From Felis catus (taxonomy: Eukaryota): a DNA stretch of 64,000 nt. The translations under genes were made by a program, and so were the position numbers. Shown one piece after another: positions 12,720 through 25,331 of the stretch. Each line of letters begins with the position of its first letter. Within the stretch, counting starts at the first letter, position 1. The DNA lies in contig NC_058368.1 in the NCBI RefSeq assembly GCF_018350175.1, positions 124,560,001 to 124,624,000 of the forward strand, read 5' to 3'. Under the pieces are notes generated by a model. The model was not told the origin of the DNA. It worked only from the letters and a program-made list of their open reading frames with translations, and did not search any database.

Positions 12720-13150
12720 TGTGTTACTCAGAGTAGGCTAGATGCTTAACAAGAGTAAAATGCCAGTGGCTTAATGCAACAAGTTTATTCTCATTTCTGT
12801 CACAGTCTCATGCAAGACTGCAGTGAAGTTCCACACAGTCACTTAGGGATCCAGACTCATTCCTTTTCAGAGTTGCGCCTTCCTCTGAGCCTTTGGACTC
12901 ATCTCCATTTGCAAAGCAGAGAAGCAAAAAGAGCTCGTGGAAATAGTGCCTGGTCTTCAGGGAGGCACATTCACTCTGATGAGAACTAGTCTAATCTCCC
13001 AGCCCTGTCTTTTGCCCTGATATACAGGATTAAGAAGTGCCATGAATGAGAAATCCAAGAAGAGGAGACCTTGGATACCACTGGCCACCAGCAGCCTCCA
13101 CCACATTGATAAAGGATAACAAAGCACCTTTCTAATCCTCCATGACAAAT
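12720..13150 (-). mobile_element. MLT1J-like MaLR LTR
   Basis: CAGTGGCTTAATGCAACAAGTTTATTCTCA, CACAGTCACTTAGGGATCCAGACT. Confidence 0.6.
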
Positions 13151-13309
13151 ATGGAATCTGTAAATGTGTTTTATCATTTAATAAAGGGCAGGGACAAAGA
13201 AATATGTGTGGCTTCCTAAAAAGCATATACTAACAATACAGACTACTCAAGTACATTTAGGTCTTTTTATCTCCATGACTCTACAGTTCTGAAACTTCTG
13301 AGCCTGGAA

Positions 13310-13450
13310 TTTTTTTTTTTTTATTAACCTTCCTTTTTAATTGTGGTAAAATATACATAACATAAAATTTACTATCTTATCCATTAATTGTACATCTCAG
13401 AAAGTGTTAAGTACATTTACATTGTCATGTTACTAATCTAAAAAGCTCTG
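13310..13450 (-). mobile_element. L1MB-type 3' end fragment
   Basis: TTTTTAATTGTGGTAAAATATACATAACATAAAATTTAC...TTAAGTACATTTACATTGT. Confidence 0.7.
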
Positions 13451-16400
13451 TACATAACTTCAGAGTAATAAATTAATATTCAAGAAAACTAGTAAGATCT
13501 ATGTTTACAATTACCCACATAAAGACTTGAAACAGTTTTTAAAAGTTCTATGACAGTACTGTTATTTTGGTTTAATGTCAATTTATGGTATACTGTTCAT
13601 AATCGAAGAATATTACTTATTCTTTTGTTTTTTAATTGTGATAAAATATATGACTCTAGAACTAGCCTCAGGTGAGGCCAAAGGATGTACATAAAGTGGA
13701 GAGGATGCAGAGAGCTCCATAATTAAATTGATGTCTGATACAACACTTGAATAAATTCTTCCCTGACTTTCCATAGTTTTGTTTCATAACATGATAAACC
13801 CTTTGAATTGAAAGGGTGTCTGCAAAGACCACTGTGGTGGTTTCTCTCACACTGCCTTGAAATCAAGTCTGTATACAATCTTCCACTGGGCTGCACCAGC
13901 CTGTGGGTACAGTGAAACTATTCTCACTGCAAGTATCTGAACTAATGGCTCTTTGTCCCATGTTTCAGCTCACCTCCAAGTGTCACCCAACAGGGAGTCA
14001 GCCAACAGTGCCTCATGAAGGTTCCCTGTTCTCCTGCTATAGACCTCCTTCAGGTGGGCTCTTCTGAAGTTCTCACCACTGCCTCCACTGTTGCTACCCA
14101 GTCCCATGGACAATGCTAAGATCCATGACCTGGGGGCCATCACCTAGGAAATGTTCCCCAGGCTGTGACTCTTCCTAATGGAGAGGCTGCTCTTCCCAGG
14201 GATCAAAGCCTGACTGTGAATTGGGCATAAATGCAGAAAAGGGCTCCCTACCATATTTCCTAGAAGCTAGAGAGCCTTCTCTCCATAGGACAAATACCCA
14301 TCACATGTGGTGAGCCTGGAAAACAGACACTGGCTTGATCTTTTTATAACTCCTTCACTCCCAGCAACCCCTAAGTACTGAGCACAAACCTTACCCTTGT
14401 TGGCTCTCTTCCCCCAAAGCAAAGAAGCTCAGCGAGAAAGTTCCCTATGCTTCCAGCCCCATCAGTCCTTCATGTAGCCTCTGACATGTCTGAGCCTCAA
14501 GTTCATGTGCTTTTTGTTTTTGACCTTTTCTGGACATCATAAGCTCTCTGAGGACACATGAGCTTGTGTCTTCTGTGTGCTTAGCACAGAAAGTACCACA
14601 GCTATTAACTGCCTGACAGTGAATGAATAAAGGAACAAAGATGCACTCGATAATTTCCTTGGTGACCTAACCATCCAAGACAGGTAGTAGAAGGCTGTCA
14701 TATTGTTTCCAAAACAGTTGTTTTTATACATATAGAGGTTTTATTTATACAACTTACTATGTTTCTGATCTCTCCAAATCTGACTTTTCCACTTAATCAC
14801 TAGAGGTTAATATTCATCAGAACTGTAGGATGAAAAACATTATCAGATTCCACCAGAATGACTAGTTATGTTTTCTACTCAAATAATAATAATACATATA
14901 TTTTTTTAACTCCAACCAAGATTGCTCCTTCCGTGTGCTGTGGCCCAAGCAACAATGGAGAGCATGGTAATCAGACACCTGAGCTCTTCACAATGTTGCA
15001 ATGAATGATTCTTTTCTTTCTCTGTTTGCTGGTCTTTCCTAGTCTTGCCTTTCATTTCACAGCTTTGTTAAAGATTCAGGTCAAGGTCAGAGCAAGGGAC
15101 TATTTCAGAGTGGGAGGAACTGAATTTGGCCATACAGGGCCTCTCCCCATTGAAAACACTTAGCACCCAGTCAAAGAGTCTGTCTCTAGATTCCAGGACA
15201 GAAAAACAAACAAACAAACAAAACAAAAAAACCTTCCTCAAGAAGATGTCAATTTTGCTTTGTTTTGCCCCAAGCTAATCCAGTTTCAGGTTTCCAGGTA
15301 GCAGTGCCCTGCAAAAGAGAAAGAACTAAAACCTAAATTCTATTTCTAACACTCACTCCAGTGCTCTGCAACCATATCCTGGCCACTTCAGCTTTGTGCC
15401 ACCCCAGCCCCATCCTAGCTCTAAACTGCCACCCTCCACTGTTCTCTCCTTACTGCAGTGTTATGTGTAACACTCAGGAAGATCCTCTAAAACTTCAAAC
15501 CCAAATGGTTTATTACAAGGAGCCACTAGTATTAACTAGCCTAAAGGGGTTTATGGGAATGAGCTCAAAAGTCTGGCTTCCAGCACTTGTGGCATTAAAA
15601 CCTAAAACTGATTGCTTAGGAGTTGGGGACATGGGAATACATAATCATCCAAGGGAGTAGAATTCACCCCTTACCTGGGAGGCACAAAAATACCCACAAA
15701 ATTTCCTCCTACAGGAAGCCATGGCAAACCACTCTGTATCCAGCCCCCCCCCCATTTTAGGGGTTTACTCTGGTCTTGTGGGAGTCATGTGTAGCAATGG
15801 CATCCAAAAATTGTTGAAGCAAATAAGCCTGATCCTAATGGTGAGGGGAGGAAAAAACATTCCCTTTTGAAGATGCTAGTTCCGGTTTATTAGGTGAAAA
15901 GAAAAACAATCATGAGAAACAGTAGAAGCCATTTTTCCAATACTTTGTACAAACCATGATTACACATGGTGCTGCAGCTATGACTCTGGAGGCAGTGTGG
16001 CTTTCCTGGAGAAGACACACTTTGGAGGAGAACAGCTGAATCAAATAGTGACTTTACCTCTTAGGCACTGTGTGACCTTGAGCACACATATCATATCCCA
16101 CTCTAAGTTGCTTCTATAAAATGGAGTTTCTAAACAAACCTAATTGATCATATTTTAAGACAAATGATAAAATGCCCATAAAATGCTCTTAGCTCTTCTC
16201 TCTGAACGTGTCAATTACTTTATGTTACCTACTAACAATAATAATAATACTAAAGCTCATGAAGGAAAAAAAAAATGTCATATCCAGGGAACTCATGAGT
16301 GATGAGCAAATAGAATTGATCCTATGAACTCTTTTGGCCCTAAAGCATCTTAACAGATACTTCTATCTTAGTATCTATAACATGTCATTGTACTCTTTGT

Positions 16401-17453
16401 TCACTTGTTTATATCCCCACTATTCTGAACCTCCTTTCTTTCATTGTTGTATCACAGTATCTCTCTAGTACATGTCTTATGGAATCATTGTTGAGTGAAT
16501 GAAAATTAAAATCATGAACTAATGAATGAAGAAGTAAGCAAATGAAAGAATACTCTTTGGAAGGGAATATTTGTTTCATTTAGCCAAAACAATTGTTTCT
16601 TACACAAATGATTTCTTTTTAAAAAAATAGCACTTTGCTTATTTATTATGAGCTGTTTTCACTTTCTCTCTTCTGTCAGGAATGCCAAGTCCCAGATTCA
16701 GAGTAATTTCCCAAGAGTTGTTTAGGTGCTAAAAGTGTTAAACACGGTCTCCAAACCCATGAAAGATTTTTGATGGAATGAGCCCATTTTCAATCTTGCT
16801 GTGACTTACAGATGTGGAAGCTAGGAATTTCAAATGCATGAGAGGAAAGAAAGGTGATACCTGCACAAATGAGCATCTTACTATGGAAATCTCTAGATCT
16901 TTTAGGAGTGAACATCCTAAGCTTTCTAAAGGAAGGACTATGTATAGAGTGAAGCAAGTTTTGTCTGGATGCTCATTCTTGTTCTGGCAATAGGCTGCTG
17001 GAGCTCACTACAGATGTGATGCCAGGGTGCCCAGTTTAGTTTGTAGAACGTTGTCTAATCCATCAGAAAAAATGCCGTAGATATTTTGAAAAGTAAGAGA
17101 AGCAACCTCAGCAGTTTATCAACTAATGGCAGGCCATTCCCTCAAATCGGAATTTATGAACTTATTCAAACCAGGTGCAAAATGAAAATGCAGAATCCTC
17201 TCATTATTAAACATGTCTAAAACCAGCGCTGCCTTCTAATGGCTACTTTAGCAAGTCAAGCACCAGCTAGGCACAACTCCTCCACAGTAGGCCAGCCGCT
17301 GCAGCAGAAAAACAAAAACCAGACAACATTAATACCTCAAAGTCATCCCTCCCCAGAACCATCACACTGCCTCCTGGCCTCCATCAGATGGTCAGTTTCC
17401 ACTAGTGTTTTCCCCTTGCAAGTCTTCAGTGTTCATAAAGCAGTTAAAAGATT

Positions 17454-17455
<2 letters not shown>

Positions 17456-17503
<48 letters not shown>
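17456..17503. repeat. (CA)n microsatellite
   Basis: About 24 CA units. Confidence 0.95.
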
Positions 17504-17505
<2 letters not shown>

Positions 17506-17536
17506 CCACACCGTATCTAAAGCCCCACAGAATTAC

Positions 17537-17850
17537 CTCCCTGATATTTGCAGTCCGTGTTGACTGATGTTCCTGAGTGGGAGTGTCAAGTAGAAACATC
17601 ACACATCAAAGCCAAAGAGGCCAAATTCAAGATTGGAAACCAAAATCCTAGGGGAAGCACTGTTAGGAGACAAGCCCCCGAAGTCTGCTCACACTGTAAG
17701 CTGCACAAATAAATCGCTTTCTGAATATTCCCTTCAAAATTGGGGAGGGGGGAGGGGGAGGGGGAGGGACCTGAAATGGCTGTAATTGCAGAGTGAAAAG
17801 AGAAGCTGAGATAACAGGCAGCAGGGGCGGAATTTCTTTCTCGCTGCTGG
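17537..17850 (-). other. Probable non-coding first exon of an unidentified minus-strand gene
   Basis: Donor GAG|GTAATT (GT at 17536) at the edge of the CpG island, followed by a (TG)n tract; unique sequence; transcription start not determinable. Confidence 0.45.
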
Positions 17851-18550
17851 ATAATTTGATAAGAAACCTGGATTCTGAGCGGCCTCACAATGGCCTATTT
17901 ATCAGGCTCTCACGCACCACCCGCAGCCCAGGCTGGGAATCACGGGGGTGGCAGCCGTCCCCGGAAAACGGCGGCGCTCCGGCACAGGAAAGCCAGCTGA
18001 TAAACTGATCTGCAGACAACGCTTCTTCCTTCCTGGGAAGCAGCCACAAAGGCAGCCAGCTGACCTCGGCCAAAGCTGTCCCTTGGCCGAGGAGGGAGAG
18101 GGGTGGGAGGAGGGAGAGCGGCGGTGTGGGGGTGGGGATGGGAGGAAGCAGGGAATCGCCGACCTCCTGCTTCCCAAAGTTTCCTTTGGCAAAAGCAGTC
18201 ACACGGCGTGATTCGGCAAAGCCCACGCTAGCCCCGCTCGGCTCCGGCTCCGAGTCTCCTCAAGCCGGGCGGTAGGAACGGCGTCCGCGTCCCCACCCCC
18301 ACCCCTGTACCCGGCCCCTCCGCCGCCAGGCTGCGGCCCGTAGGCCCTTCCGGCCGGGGCTGGTTTGGCCCCGGCTGGGAACGAGTTAGGTGAGGGGGAC
18401 GGGAACCAACTGGCAGAGCCCTCTCCAACTGTAGGATGGCCCCTCCCTACAGCTTTTGGTTAAAAGCAAAAAGAAACACAGACATTTGTGTCACTCTATT
18501 AAGCACACAGGGCTTTGAATGGTGCACCAGGCGCAAAGAGTTCTCATCCT
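17700..18550. promoter_or_regulatory. CpG island / promoter
   Basis: Only CpG-dense non-repeat region in the window; GC box GGGGCGG at 17824-17830, G-tracts, four WGATAR motifs. Confidence 0.8.
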
Positions 18551-20859
18551 CCCCTTGGCAGGGTGGCCGGGTAAATACAATAAAAAGCAGACGCAAAGTT
18601 CCTAAAATTTCCCCCTGAACTTCCTTGGAGACGGAGAACCTTAGTAATTAATTTCTTTCCTTTTTCTCTCTCCCCTTCTTTCAAGTGAAAATATTTTTGT
18701 GTGTGTGTTATTTTTTAAAAGACAATTGCTTTAAAAGACAATGCTCCAGGCACTCCCAGGAAGTTCTGTTTTGGGGAGAGTTGACCCAGCAGCTGGTCCC
18801 TGCTGCTCTAAGATGTGTCCTTTCACTTTTTCACTCCCCAAACAATTTGGTTTGGAGTCTTGAGAGCCTTGGAAAGAGCTGCCTACAGAGGAAAAGTTCT
18901 GGAAAGGGCAGTCCCCCAGAGAGCAGAAACCCAGGGGAAGTGGAACTAGCCCTGTGAACTTGGGGACCTCTGCTTGCTGGCCTATGGTGGGGGGTCTCCA
19001 GGCCTCCAGACGTCCAGGCTGCAAGTGGGGTGGTCAGCTGGGAGCCAGGATGCCCTTGATCTACTTTCCAAATTGTACACAACTCCCACAGGGAAATAAA
19101 GGCATGAGGGGGTCAGATCTTTAGCTGTTTGTATGCCCTGCAGCAGGAGGCACTATTTATCATCAGTTCACTGGGGCCCTACTCCAGAGGGCCCTTCAGG
19201 GAGGATCCTGGACCCCCACATTCCATCTCCTAAACTTTTCTTTGTCAATATACTACCATTAACAGTATTGTCAGCCTTCTGGGCTTGAGCTCTGGAAGGA
19301 ATTTCCTCCAATTTAGTGCTTGTAGGGAAGTGCTTTGGAAAGGATAAGGTATTCCACGCCTAAGGGCACAAGGTCTCTGAGTTGACTCTTCAATAAACAT
19401 TGTTCTTCAAGGGACAGAGCTGTCTCTTGATTTAGAAGAACAAAGAAGTTGCAGTAAAGATCCCTGATGTTCTATGACATTTTGGAGACCTAAATTCATT
19501 AGCCCTTGCTAAGTAAGGCTTTCCTGACCTACCAGGAACTACTTTCTAGTGAACCTAAAGTTCCTAAAGTGAGCCTAAAGGGACCCTCCCTACCTGCCCC
19601 CCCCAATCTCCCACATCTTGGGGTTTTGGTAGAGTTCACAGCAGAGAAAGATGTGAGGGAAGCAAGCAGTGGTCACCTTTGGCCTGAAATGAACTTCTTG
19701 GGGTTTTTATATCCACCTATCCACTATGAGGCATTGTTTGCTATAGTGCTTCAGGTAAATGAAAAGGACCTCTTACCTAGGAATAAATTGAGAATCCTGC
19801 ATGAGATCCGGTTATTCATATTATAGTTTTAGACAATATAGAAAAGAATATGAACTGTGGTGACTATTTTCAGATGAAGGAGACTCTGCATTTGCCAGGT
19901 CACAAGTTTTATGATCTATTCTTGATATCAATATCTTTGCAAAGACAGATGTCTTTGTAAAATTAAATCATTCCCTGAACACTTGTTTAATAAGCTCTCA
20001 CTGGAACCTATTGAGAAAAGCTAGTCTTTCTCTCCCAGACTCTATCTTTGACTGTGGCTGTCCCCACACCCCCAATGGGACAATCCCTGAAAAGAATGAG
20101 CTCTAAGCCTTCCAACCCCATCCATGGCTAATGCCTCATCCAGAACCCTTGTCTCTGCCTTTATTGGACTGCAGACCTGGCCCTTTACTCCAAATGGCTC
20201 TCTCTGTCTCCTGCTTCCAGTCTGCCCTCAGCCCTGAGATCTAATGACAGACATGTGACTTCCCTGGCTTTGACTCTCCATAGCCTCCCTCAAGTCCTGC
20301 TCTTCTCAGTAACTCCCATGCTATACCCATTGGCCTCTATGACAGATGCTCCTGGAAGGCCTGATTTTCTCCTGCTCCCCACAATGAGATTCTGACACGT
20401 ACTGCCCTTCAAGTTGCTTATAACACAACATCAGACAGCAAATGCCTAAGAGACCTCAAGATTGTGGTGAATTACTACCATGAATAAATGCACAAGAATA
20501 CCATGGTTCTCTTACAAGGAAGTGATTAGGATTCAAAACTGTCTACATTAAATATGTCCCAGAATGGTCTCTTGTTTAGACTTGGTCATGTTCACTCTGG
20601 AATACAGTACTCTCCTCTTCTCCCTCCCATTTCTCCACTGATTTTGGTAGAATGAGCTTTGCAAAGAGCAGAGTTAGTGCCTTCCTACAACTAAGGATTA
20701 AAAAGGTTGCAGAGAGGTCCAGTCCCAATCTACTGTCACTCTAACACACTGGTCAGTCTCTTCACCCCACTGGCCAATCTGCATCAGAAAGAACAGAATT
20801 CCAGCCACCAAGACTATTTTTCAACATCAAAGTCCTCCTACTAAATAAAAGTAGTACAG

Positions 20860-21400
20860 CAGCATAGAAAACATTCTGATAGCTCCTCAGAAAGATAAAC
20901 ACAGAATTACCACATGACCCAACAATTCCACTGAAAACAGGTATTCATATACTTGTACATCAATGTTCATAGCAGTGCTAATCATAGTAGCAAACAACCC
21001 AATGTCTGTCAATGGATGAATGGATAAACAAAACGTAGAATATTATTCAGCCTTAAAAAGGAATGAAGTACATGCTAACAACATAAGAAAATCTCCAAAA
21101 TATTCTAGGTGAAGGAATACAGAAACAAAAGGCTATATATTATATGATACCATTTATATGAAATATTCAGGTAAATCCATAGAAATGTAAAGCAGATTAA
21201 TGGTTGCCAGGAGGTGAGGGGAAGGAAGGAATGGGTAGTGACTGCTTAATGGGTATGGGTCTCCTTTGGAGGGGATGAAAATGTTTTGGAACTATATAGA
21301 GGAGATGTCGGACAGCATGTGAATGTACGAAATGGCACTGAATTGATCATTTTAAAATGGTTAATTTTATGTTTTGTGAATTTTACCTCAATTAAAAAAA
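20860..21400 (+). mobile_element. L1MB-type 3' fragment
   Basis: CAGAATTACCACATGACCCAACAATTCC, ATGGATGAATGGATAAACAAA, GGTTGCCAGG, GATGAAAATGTTTTGGAACTA, TTTTACCTCAATTAAAAAAAA. Confidence 0.85.
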
Positions 21401-21889
21401 ACCCTTCACCTTTGAAGGCTCAGTTTATTCAAGTTGTTCTCTTCCAGATGGTCATTCTTTGGGTAATGGAAAAATGAATGGGGGGGGGGGGGAGTTGGGA
21501 GGATGAAAATGACAGGTGTCCACTTTACCCTATTTAGTTGATCACAGTGATGATGAGGACAGTGATGATAATGGTAACTTAGGATGAAAATGAAGAAAGG
21601 AGGCTTAAAGGGGTCCTGCAGTTCAGGGCAATACAGTATTCACAGCTTACCTGGATCAGGACCATATTCCTCAGCAGTCCTAAACCTTGAGCCACTGTGC
21701 CCTTAGTGCAGCCTTGCTCAGAGTCAAGGCTGGTAAGTGATGAAACCAGGATCCACATCTGTTTTTGTCCAGTAGAAGAGCCAACACTACTTTGACTATA
21801 TACTACAGCATCTCCCTAAAGTGATGGTAGATAATTATAATGACAGTTATAGGATCTTTAGAAGACCTTCTCCCTAGACCTGAATGTAA

Positions 21890-22090
21890 TAAGAATATTA
21901 GCTAACAGTAAGTATTTAGCACATACTAACACAATTCTATATGATTTGCATATATTAAGTTGTTAATTCCCATTGTAGCATTGTGAGCTAGGCACTTTTA
22001 CTACGTCCATCTCATGGATGAAGAAACTGAAGAACAGAGAGATTACAGTCGTGCCTGACCAAGATCCCAGAATTATCAGGCAGTGGTGTA
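21890..22090 (-). mobile_element. MIR SINE
   Basis: GATGAAGAAACTGAAGAACAGAGAG core. Confidence 0.65.
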
Positions 22091-23719
22091 TGGACTGACA
22101 CTCAAAGAAAAGGCTGCTTACTACGTGGCCTCTATAAGAGCTTGCTGCATGGGCACTGAATGATTACTCCTGGCTCTCCCACTCCCTAGTGGAATTCCAA
22201 CATATTTCTCCTTTGTTCTTTCAGGAGGATCATGTCCTCTAACATCTGGCCATGCTGCCTTTGGCACCAAAACTATATACATACCCTTGAAGCAGAGACT
22301 AACTGAGTTTCCTTAACAATATTTTCATGCTGTTTCCTACATTTGGGATATAAATATAAATGTTTCCTACATTTGTCTTTCGTTTGCCTTTGCTATTGTT
22401 TGTGTGATGAGCTCTCGGTGAAAGGACATTGAGACAGTAAACAAATAGCTTTGGTTCTGAAATTAAAGGCTTTTCTTTGCTGCTGCAGGAATCTCTCTAT
22501 TAAAAAAAGATTCATTCTTTTTCTTAAGGAGTGGATTCAGGAGACTGATTCATTATTTTGTTTTATTAGTGAGTTCTCAGAAGCCTGGGAATCTCATCTT
22601 AGTGTGCCATTTTGCTTTTCTCTTCCTCCCTCTACATTGCCTCACAAAAACAGTAATACTGTGCCACAGAGCCGTGAATCTCCCCAGTGAATTCAGGGTA
22701 TTTGGAACCTAGTTAGGGAAAGAGGCTACCAGTCTGAGGAAGAGCTGGATGCGGCCTCAGTAATATCTGCTCTAATACATTCCCTTTCCCAGTAGATAGA
22801 TAAGAAACTTGAGCCCCAAATGGCAAAAAGATGGTCACATTCCTAGCTTATGGTAGACAAAGAACTTACACATTGGCCAGCCTTCTAGTTCCATATCCAG
22901 AGTTCTTCCTGCCATGCCACCTTCCTCTCTAAACTGTCCCTGAAAGCAGCAGAGCACTGTTAAAGGAATCCATGGATGCCAGGTCTGCCTGGCAGAAGTT
23001 AGGTTGGCAGCAGATATCAGAGGTGGTAGAAGTCAGAAGGGCCAGGAACAAGGTTCAAGGCAGGGGTGAAAAAGCAAAGTATCTGGTCTTCAATCCAGTA
23101 GGTAATCAGTTTCAAAGCCAGGTGGCTCAAAATTCTTGGTGGTTTCTTAAGAAAATAATTGCTCTAGACATTGTGCAAGATGACTGAAGGTACAAAGTAT
23201 GATATTTTTCAGTAAGTACCCAGAGTATTTCTGAAACTGGACTGGGAGCTTTCTGTGTATCATCATTTTTAATTCCCAGAACAATGCTAAGATGTATGTT
23301 TTAGTAATCTCCTTTCAAAGAGAGGTCACACAGCCCCCAAATATATACCCATAGAGTTCGTTTGACCCTAAGGTTAGGAGACTTCCCATTAAGCTATATG
23401 GCCTTCCCCAAATGAGCCTGGGGGTTCTTATCTCAGAATCCTGAACTTCTTCAGTAGACTTTGCCTCCCAAAAGGAATTTTTAAATTTTTATTGGTATAG
23501 TATCCGTTTTGCTAGATTTAGTCCCAATAGGACCCACCAGAAACCCTTATGGGAAGGCATGGCTTTTCCTCTGACCTCATTTAAGACACCCTGGGGGAAT
23601 GTCTATGTTCTTAAGCCACTCAGCAGATCTTCTGGAGGGGAAGGTGGTGGGCTTATCCTCTCTTCCATCACTGAAAGGGTCATCCAAAAGAGACACCCTG
23701 GTAGAATGTCTAGGAGCAG

Positions 23720-23940
23720 GAATTCTGGCATCATACTAGCAGAGATGAATACCAGTTGTCATTTACCAGATATGGAATCTTGGACAAGACACTTAGTCTT
23801 TCTATACCTCATTTCCCTCATCTGTAAAGTGGGGTAATAATGTCACCTGCCTCATAGGATTATTGAGAGAACTAAACTAATTAATATATATAAAAGACAC
23901 AGAGCATTTCCTGGCACACCATATGTAAGTGTTAGGTATT
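23720..23940 (+). mobile_element. MIR SINE
   Basis: CCTCATTTCCCTCATCTGTAAAGTGGGGTAATAA, CCTCATAGGATTATTGAGA, CCTGGCACA. Confidence 0.85.
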
Positions 23941-24667
23941 ATACTTTGGGGAGCTATTTACCCTAAGTCTTGGGTAGAAGTGAATAACAACCAGAATCCA
24001 GGAACCAGCTACCACTTTTATTGAGTACTTAATCTCTTTACTAGGTATGCTTTATATATACTCTTTCTCTTATGGAAACCTTGTTAGATAAGCATCATTA
24101 TATCCACTTTTCAAATGAGAAAACCAAGTTGTAGACGGTCAAATGATTTGCACCAGGTCACGCAACCAGAAAGTGGCCCAGGTGGTGTCCCAGTCTATGT
24201 CATTTAAGCTACTGGGTCCTTCTACCAGCTCAGCTGTTTCCTTAAGATTGGGTTGGTAGTTTCAAGAAAAAGCCATCTTTAAACATAGTATCTTTTATTA
24301 TTTTTCCTTTCCTTTTTTATTTTTTAGTAATGGGCGAGTTAGCTTGGTAGTAAAAATTAAACAGAGTATGAGAAAATGTACCTTCACAAGCCCCTTTGAA
24401 AACAAAATTAAAGAAGAAAAACATTGTCATTTGCTAGCTGCTGAGCCCAAAGAGTGGCCATGCCGGGCTGCACACCCTCTTGTTGTGAGATTATCCTTGA
24501 CTGACCTAACCTCAACCCACATCTATGGTAATTAAGGGGAATGAGGTCCATAAACAAGTAAATCCATTTTCATGGATTCAGGACCCACTCTCTCAGAAAA
24601 GAGGTTCAAATGACCTTACTCAAACCTCTTTGTTCTACAATGTTGTGGTATAGGGAGCTGGTGATGG

Positions 24668-24696
24668 CAATAATAATAATAACAACAAATAGTTAC

Positions 24697-24734
<38 letters not shown>

Positions 24735-24990
24735 GTTATAAGAGCTCGTGAAGTGCTCAGCACTGTGTTAAGTGCTTTAAATATATTATCCCATTTAACC
24801 CTCACAACAGTCTTTTACAGCCCTCCTTCGTGGGTGAGGAAATTAAGATTTAGAAAAGCAGAATAAGAAAAAAAAAAAAGTAAGAAAAGCAGAATCCGTT
24901 GTTCAAGACAACATAGTAAGACATGGAATCAGAATTCAATTCCTGCCTTACTCTCATTCTAAAATCCTAACAATAGGCTATATGACCTCT
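24668..24990 (-). mobile_element. MIR SINE with adjacent (TAA)n tract
   Basis: GCACTGTGTTAAGTGCTTTA, CATTTAACCCTCACAAC, GTGAGGAAATTAAG; (TAA)n at 24670-24732. Confidence 0.75.
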
Positions 24991-25232
24991 GTGCTCTTTT
25001 GGAAGGGCTTGACCATTGACCACTGCAGGACCTATTTGCCAGAAGCTGGGTGTGAGAGGGGTCTCTCATCTAGATCAAAAGGGACAAGACAGACTCTAGT
25101 TCTTCCAAAAGGAGATGGAGCTATCTATTCCCTCGAATTCTACCTTGAATTCTTGAACTGTGGTGGAGATGGCAGGTTCTCTCTGAATCTCCCAAACCCC
25201 TTTGAGAGTGGAAGAATAAGACTTCAATCGGT

Positions 25233-25331
25233 GGGGTGCCTGGCTAGTTCACTTGGTAGAGCATGCAATTCTTGATCTCAGGATCATAAGCTTGAGCCCC
25301 ACGTTGAGCAAAGAGATTACTTAAAACAAAA
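25233..25331 (+). mobile_element. Short old Can-SINE (tRNA-Lys-like head only)
   Basis: GGGGTGCCTGGCTAGTTCACTTGGTAGAGCATGCAATTCTTGATCTCAGG...TTGAGCCCCACGTTG; TSD AAGACTTCAAT at 25218-25228 and 25332-25342. Confidence 0.9.

Noticed and set aside
13660..14530. Moderately GC-rich block that might be an exon or pseudogene
   Set aside because: No sustained ORF; possibly an old L1 5' region, but I cannot assign it
17537..18550. Assigning a gene symbol to the promoter
   Set aside because: No coding exon in the window that I recognise; a name would be a guess
17586..19082. Many overlapping ORFs across the CpG island
   Set aside because: Expected from stop-codon scarcity in GC-rich DNA; no known protein
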